DNA of 64,000 nucleotides from Microthyrium microscopicum (Eukaryota): NCBI GenBank assembly GCA_010405405.1, contig MU004230.1, positions 716,627 to 780,626 of the forward strand, read 5' to 3'. Shown piece by piece: positions 58,604 to 64,000 of this stretch (position 1 is its first letter; each line of letters starts with the position of its first letter). The notes under the pieces were generated by a model. It saw only the letters and a program-made list of their open reading frames with translations, ran no database searches and was not told where the DNA came from. The position numbers and the translations under genes were made by a program.

Positions 58604-59787
58604 ATGAGCAACGTAGCCAAAAGCTTCGCCAAAGCACGCCTGAACGTTCTCCCCGCAGACATACCCATCGAAGAAGCCGAAGACGATGGCGGCTCCTCCG
58701 CCTCAAGCATGTCATCTACCGGTACCATAATCGCTCCCACCGCACTCCAGCGCAAACCTCCGGCGCCCGTCTCATGGACCGACTTTTTCGACCAAGAACT
58801 TTACCTCGAAAGCAACCCCACTACCACCCCACAATGCCCACGTGCCAAATTCCATGTATACTTTGATCCTCCGCGTCGACCGGCGGACGCGTTGATTGTG
58901 TTGCATCATGGAGCGGGCTCAGCAGCAATGTCGTGGGCGCTTTGTGCGCGTGAGTTGCGAGGACATTTGCCGAATTGCGGGATACTAGCTGTGGAAGCAC
59001 GCGAGCATGGGTCGGTGGTGTGGGATGAGGCAGGCGAGGTTGATGATCGGTTGCATATTGATATTTTATCAGAAGATTTGGTAACGATGCTGAACTTGCT
59101 GAAAGAAAAGGTCGGGTGGACAGAGTTGCCGCGGATATTGTTGATTGGACATAGTCTTGGAGGAGCGGTGGTGACACATACAGCCAAGATGGGTCTACTT
59201 GGAACCAAAGTCTTTGGCTTCGGCGTGTTGGATGTCGTGGAAGGGTCGGCAATGGAAGCACTCAAGCATATGCAGGCATACTTGGCGACTCGACCGGCGC
59301 GGTTCAAGTCGTTGGACTCGGCGGTGGAGTGGCATATTCGTTCCCGGACATTGCGGAATATCAAGTCGGCGAGAGCGTCCGTTCCGTCTCTTTTCATCCA
59401 GAATGAAGCTGGTGAATGGGTCTGGCGAACTGATCTTTCGAGAACAGAATCGTATTGGGAGAATTGGTTCAGTGGGATGAGCAACAAGTTTTTGACCGCT
59501 AGAGGAGCAAAGCTACTCATTCTCGCAGGAACCGATCGCTTGGACAAAGAGCTGATGATCGGTCAAATGCAAGGTATGTTCGATATTGACCTATGATGTA
59601 AATGGTGCTGATGCTACTAGGCAAATTCCAGCTGCATGTTGTTCCTGAAGCCGGTCATTTTGTCCAAGAAGATTCACCTCAGAAGACGGCGTTGATGATC
59701 GCAGAGTTCTTCAGACGCAACGACTCGTCCACGTTAGTTTTGCCGCCAAAAGTTTCGGACCTCCTGGCTCAAGGAAAGAAAGTCTGA
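58604..59787 (+). CDS. PPE1: PP2A methylesterase 1
   Basis: HHGAGS, GHSLGG, VLDVVEGSAMEAL, LAGTDRLDKELMIGQMQGKFQL; intron 59574-59620. Confidence 0.96.
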
Positions 59788-59934
59788 TAGTTAAACCATG
59801 ATACCCCTGACACGAGCACATATAGACCATGTACCTTTAGAATAGCATATGATAGCATTGGAAAATTTAGCATTATGATCATGAATTGGGTATCATTTAA
59901 GAATCGTGAATCAGGAGTAAAAGTGCAGACAACA

Positions 59935-60815
59935 TCAATCCTCAGAGGGTTCTGCTATCGCGTCTTCGGCCTTTTTGCTAGGTTTTCGCTTTCTCTTCCT
60001 CTTTGCTGCATCTTCAGTCGTTAGTTCCGATGCTTCTTGATCTTCCTCCCTATTTCGTGGAGGTGCTCGTTCCGTTCTCTGCTTCTTTGGTTTCTTGATG
60101 CTGAGAGGATTTGGTCCTTTGGGTCCCTTGGATTTCCGTTTCTTCTCCGAAGATTGTGTGTCCTGCTGGTCTACCGGTTGTGCTGCATTTTCCTCCTCGT
60201 TTTCAGCGTCTTCTCGATCACGCTTGCCTAAAACGGTTCGAGCATTGATCCGCATCTTCAACCCCTGGCGAGCCTTTTTCCGTTCCTCTTGAAGTCTAAC
60301 ATCACTGGTGGATTTAGCCATGGGCTCCATGATCATGACGCTGCGATTGATGTAGATGAGAGGCACCCCTGGTACGCCTCGCATATGAGATCGCACTTCG
60401 GGATCCTGGCTAGCCACCACATAATGATGTTTCTTCCCATCCACCACTTGGCTCAAACATTCGAGTGTAGAAAGGGGGTCTTCAAGTTCGTGATGGTTGC
60501 ATAGACGGCGTTCGAAGGATTTGGCGAGGGCGATATTTTGTGCATCTTTTTCGGCGTAGAGATGGCGCATACAACACGTCGTGATCACTGCAGCAGAGTC
60601 AGCATTGCTTGAATTTCTGAGATTTGATTATACATACTTGGCTTGATTTCCGCGTGTAAAGTGCGACTAAGTCCACCAACTAGGTCCATATGAAAGCGCA
60701 TCGAGTCTTTGACTAACTCGGCATCCACTAGCACCTGGTATGGTTGACGAAAGTTGAAAGTTAACTCATACTGGTGCATGAGCTTCCGATACTGTTTGGA
60801 GCGTTTACCGCGCAT
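59935..60815 (-). CDS. UTP23: rRNA-processing protein Utp23
   Basis: MRGKRSKQYRKLM, FRQPYQVLVD, ERRLCNH, PGVPLIYI, KGPNPLSIKK; intron 60588-60637. Confidence 0.94.
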
Positions 60816-61313
60816 TCTGAAGGTGCGGTATTTCACAGACGAGGGGGAATGAGATAAGCTTGAAGGATCAAGATTGCTGTCACGAAACTTGGGAAAAAAA
60901 GTTATGCCTGGAAGTAAGAAAAAGAGCAGTCAGTATATCCGGGATAGCTCTGAGCTTAGTGGGGCGTCACTAATCCTTGCAGGGTTTAGTGCCTTTCTGT
61001 CTCTTCTCCCAACTAAATTTAGCCTAGCTGACACAGCTCTTCCCAGCCACTACACAAGCTTATAAAACGGTAGCAGCCAGCATCTTTAGTGCAAGCTATC
61101 TTCGCTGACTACCAAGAATTTTACACCCATGACTATACGGAGAGGGGTAACCTTTTGAAACCATTAACTTGTTCTTTCTGAGTACGCCCGTCGAGCTGGC
61201 GTGAGGCACTATGACCTGCAGTCATAGCCTTATAGCTGGGTAGAGAAGAGAAACTTGTTTCTTGCGAGTCGCTTTTGTCGGAACCTGCCTCAGATCTTCT
61301 TTTCAACTTGTCG

Positions 61314-63119
61314 ATGGATCCAGAAGAAACAAGCACTCGATGGACCGGGAAGGATTCTCGTCCGACGACGCAGAAAGAGCTTTGGGGCTGGTATTCATGC
61401 GGTTTAGCTGCTGAGGTTTTTGCTGTTTGTGGAGTTGGTATTGATCCCTTATCGAATAACGCGTATCAAATTCAAAGCTAATGGTCTTGTAGGTTCATTT
61501 CTACCAGTGACATTAGAACAGCTTGCTCGGGAGAATGGAGTGCTGCTATCAGATAAAAAGACACCATGTGTTCAGTTCAACACTGCACTGCAAACACGAG
61601 GCCTCGCTCGACGCGATGACAATCAATGCGTTATCAGTGTTCTGGGCCATGAAGTAAACTCTTCTAGCTTTGCATTGTATTCCTTCTCTTTAGCCATCCT
61701 TGTACAAACACTAGTTCTGATCTCGATTGGAGCCATTGCAGATTATGGTATGTATTACTTAAGAGGTTGGAATCATGTTCTAACTAAGTCACAGGTGGCA
61801 ACCGTAAGAAGCTCTTCCTTGCGTTCAATTATATGGGTGCAACAGCGAGTATGCTTTATATTCTAGTCTTTCCAGCAATATACCTCTTTGGTGTATTACT
61901 GACCATTATTGCCGTGGCTTCCCTAGGATCGGTCTTTGTATTACTAAACTCTTTTCTGCCTCTTTTAGTTGCAACACATCCCTCGATTAGCAACGATCAT
62001 GATGGCTCAGATATTCCCCTGGATCCCCTGACATTCGATAACGACAATGAGGATGTGAACGATGATTCAGCATCCAATGGGCTACTACAGAATAGAATTG
62101 GATTCAACAAGTACAAAGAACCGGGCGCTGTATCACCAGCACTCCAACTCTCGAATCAGATATCTTCCAAGGGCGTCGGTATTGGCTATGCTGCAGCAGT
62201 ATTTGTGCAAATCCTCAGTATTGGTATCATCCTCCTTTACAACAAGTTCAGTACAGCGGCAACAACTCAGACTTGGCCAATGCGTACTGTGTTATTCATA
62301 GTCGGTCTATGGTGGGCCTGCTTTACCTTTCCTACAGCATGGTGGCTCCATCGAAGACCTGGACCCCCATTACCAAGTCAAACAGTCTCTAGGAGTGGAA
62401 TCCGGGGTGGCATTACTTACATTATTTTCGCCTGGTCCTCGCTCTGGCAAACCATGAAAATAGCAATGCAACTTCGACAGGTTGTTCTTTTTCTCATCGC
62501 CTGGTTCGTGCTTTCGGATGGTATTGCAACAATATCTGGAACAGCTATTCTCTTCGCTCGCACCGAGCTGGACCTCGGCACTGCTGGTGTAGCTGTCCTT
62601 TCTATCACTGCCACAGCTTCAGGCATTCTAGGAGCATTCTACTGGCCTAAGATTGGCAAGCGATATAACCTAAACTCAATATCTGTCGTGATAGCCTGTG
62701 TCATCATATACGAGATTGTACCACTCTACGGACTTGCGGGCTTTCTACCATTCCTTCAGAATTTAGGAGTTGGTGGCCTTCAACAATGGTGGGAGCTCTA
62801 CCCGCTCGGTTTTATACTAGGATTTGTTATGGGAGGAATTTCGTCTTATTGTCGTTCCATCTATGGCGCACTCATTCCACCTGGTATGGAGGCTTCTTTT
62901 TATGCTCTGTATGCTGTCACGGACAAGGGAAGCTCAGTGATCGGCCCAGCTATTGTGGGGAGAATTATTGATGCGACTGGGTCTGTCAGAATGGGGTTCT
63001 GGTTCCTAGCTGTTGTAATGATATTACCAGCTCCGCTATTCTGGCTTGTTGACGTGGAGAAGGGGAGGATTGAAGGAATTGAAATGGCATCACGTAGAGG
63101 CAAGCGACGATTAGGATGA
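61314..63119 (+). CDS. ATG22: Autophagy-related vacuolar efflux permease Atg22
   Basis: [47 protein letters not shown]; two introns. Confidence 0.94.
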
Positions 63120-63524
63120 CGAGTATGTATGTATGAATGAATTGATGGCATTTCCCATTCTCTTTTGAAGGAAACTGCATGTCCTCGTTATGATCGCCGG
63201 ATGTCCATTATGGTCCCATTGCTTACCATTGCCGCAGCCTATTGGCTCTGCAAAAAAGTATCACCATTGCAAGAGTATGAAGACAATGGGATGGAGTTGG
63301 GATCGTTATAAACTAGTACTAAACGAGCAGACATATACCGCTGAGGTAAACAATACTGCTCCAAGTCTGAGCGGACAGTTTAATTACGACCTAGCTACGA
63401 CTTGGCATGGTATAATTTTGGTAGTGGGTGCGGTGGTGGGGTCGAAATTGGTGCTTCAACCACAACTCGATCGTGAAATCTCCTGAATGACTTCGACTCA
63501 TTAAACCCTATCAACTCCTATAAA

Positions 63525-64000
63525 ATGTCTGCTCCACGTCAGGACCTGGCCAGTCTTCTGAAGCAGACCAATCTCAACGACCACAGCGAAATCTTGAAGG
63601 CCGCCAATGCATCGCTGAAGAAATCCAAGTCCGATATCACGGCCCACCACGCGCGCCTAATTGCCCTTTTACTCCTCGAGCGCTATGATGACGCCGCCAA
63701 GGTCGCACAAGATGATTCACCGAAGCTAAAGCAAAGCACCTGGGAATGGCTCTATGCTGGCTATCAAAAAGACGATCTTGACCATGCAACGTTAAAATCT
63801 CCACAAGACCAGCCCCGTGGTCTTCTTCACCTTCGCGCGCAAGCTGTATGTAAACATGCAGTACATGTTTCTTAAGTCAATAGCTAATCGATGTTTCTAG
63901 CTTTACAGAGCGGAAAAGTTTACAGAAGCTGCCGAGATTTACGACGAATTATCCAATGGCCCTGAAGCAGAAGCCGAAGAGTTCGACTTGAAAATAAATA
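63525..64000 (+). CDS. SRP72: Signal recognition particle subunit Srp72 (partial, runs off the window)
   Basis: DHSEILKAAN, IALLLLERYDDA, RGLLHLRAQA|LYRAEKF; intron 63846-63900. Confidence 0.88.

Noticed and set aside
1..64000. tRNA/rRNA genes and the many antisense ORFs in the ORF track
   Set aside because: No tRNA or rRNA signature noticed by eye; antisense ORFs are shadows of real coding regions

Overview
Intron-containing filamentous-ascomycete (Pezizomycotina) genomic DNA with GT-AG introns and CTRAC branch points; the species cannot be determined from this window. It holds about 29 protein genes, many of them conserved housekeeping genes (TAF7, MPS1, NSA2, MRPL49, CSN4, TFG2, TRS23, LSM2, THR4, PPE1, UTP23, ATG22, SRP72). 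Accessory elements are: (1) a 26.3-33.8 kb block with a HET-domain gene, an F-box-like gene and a 4-exon gene for a 924-aa secreted precursor with Kex2-type sites; (2) a RIP-degraded piggyBac-type transposon (41203-44135) flanked by AT rather than TTAA; (3) a pseudogene; (4) a P450/TF-like/hydrolase trio. The main candidate for a new system is the secreted precursor. Once spliced by hand, its first module shows, in order, the motif series I recall for the bacterial actin cross-linking domain (ACD) of Vibrio MARTX/VgrG1 toxins. This suggests a fungal secreted ACD-like ligase effector with possible delivery modules. All homology calls are from motif recognition by eye; no searches were run.
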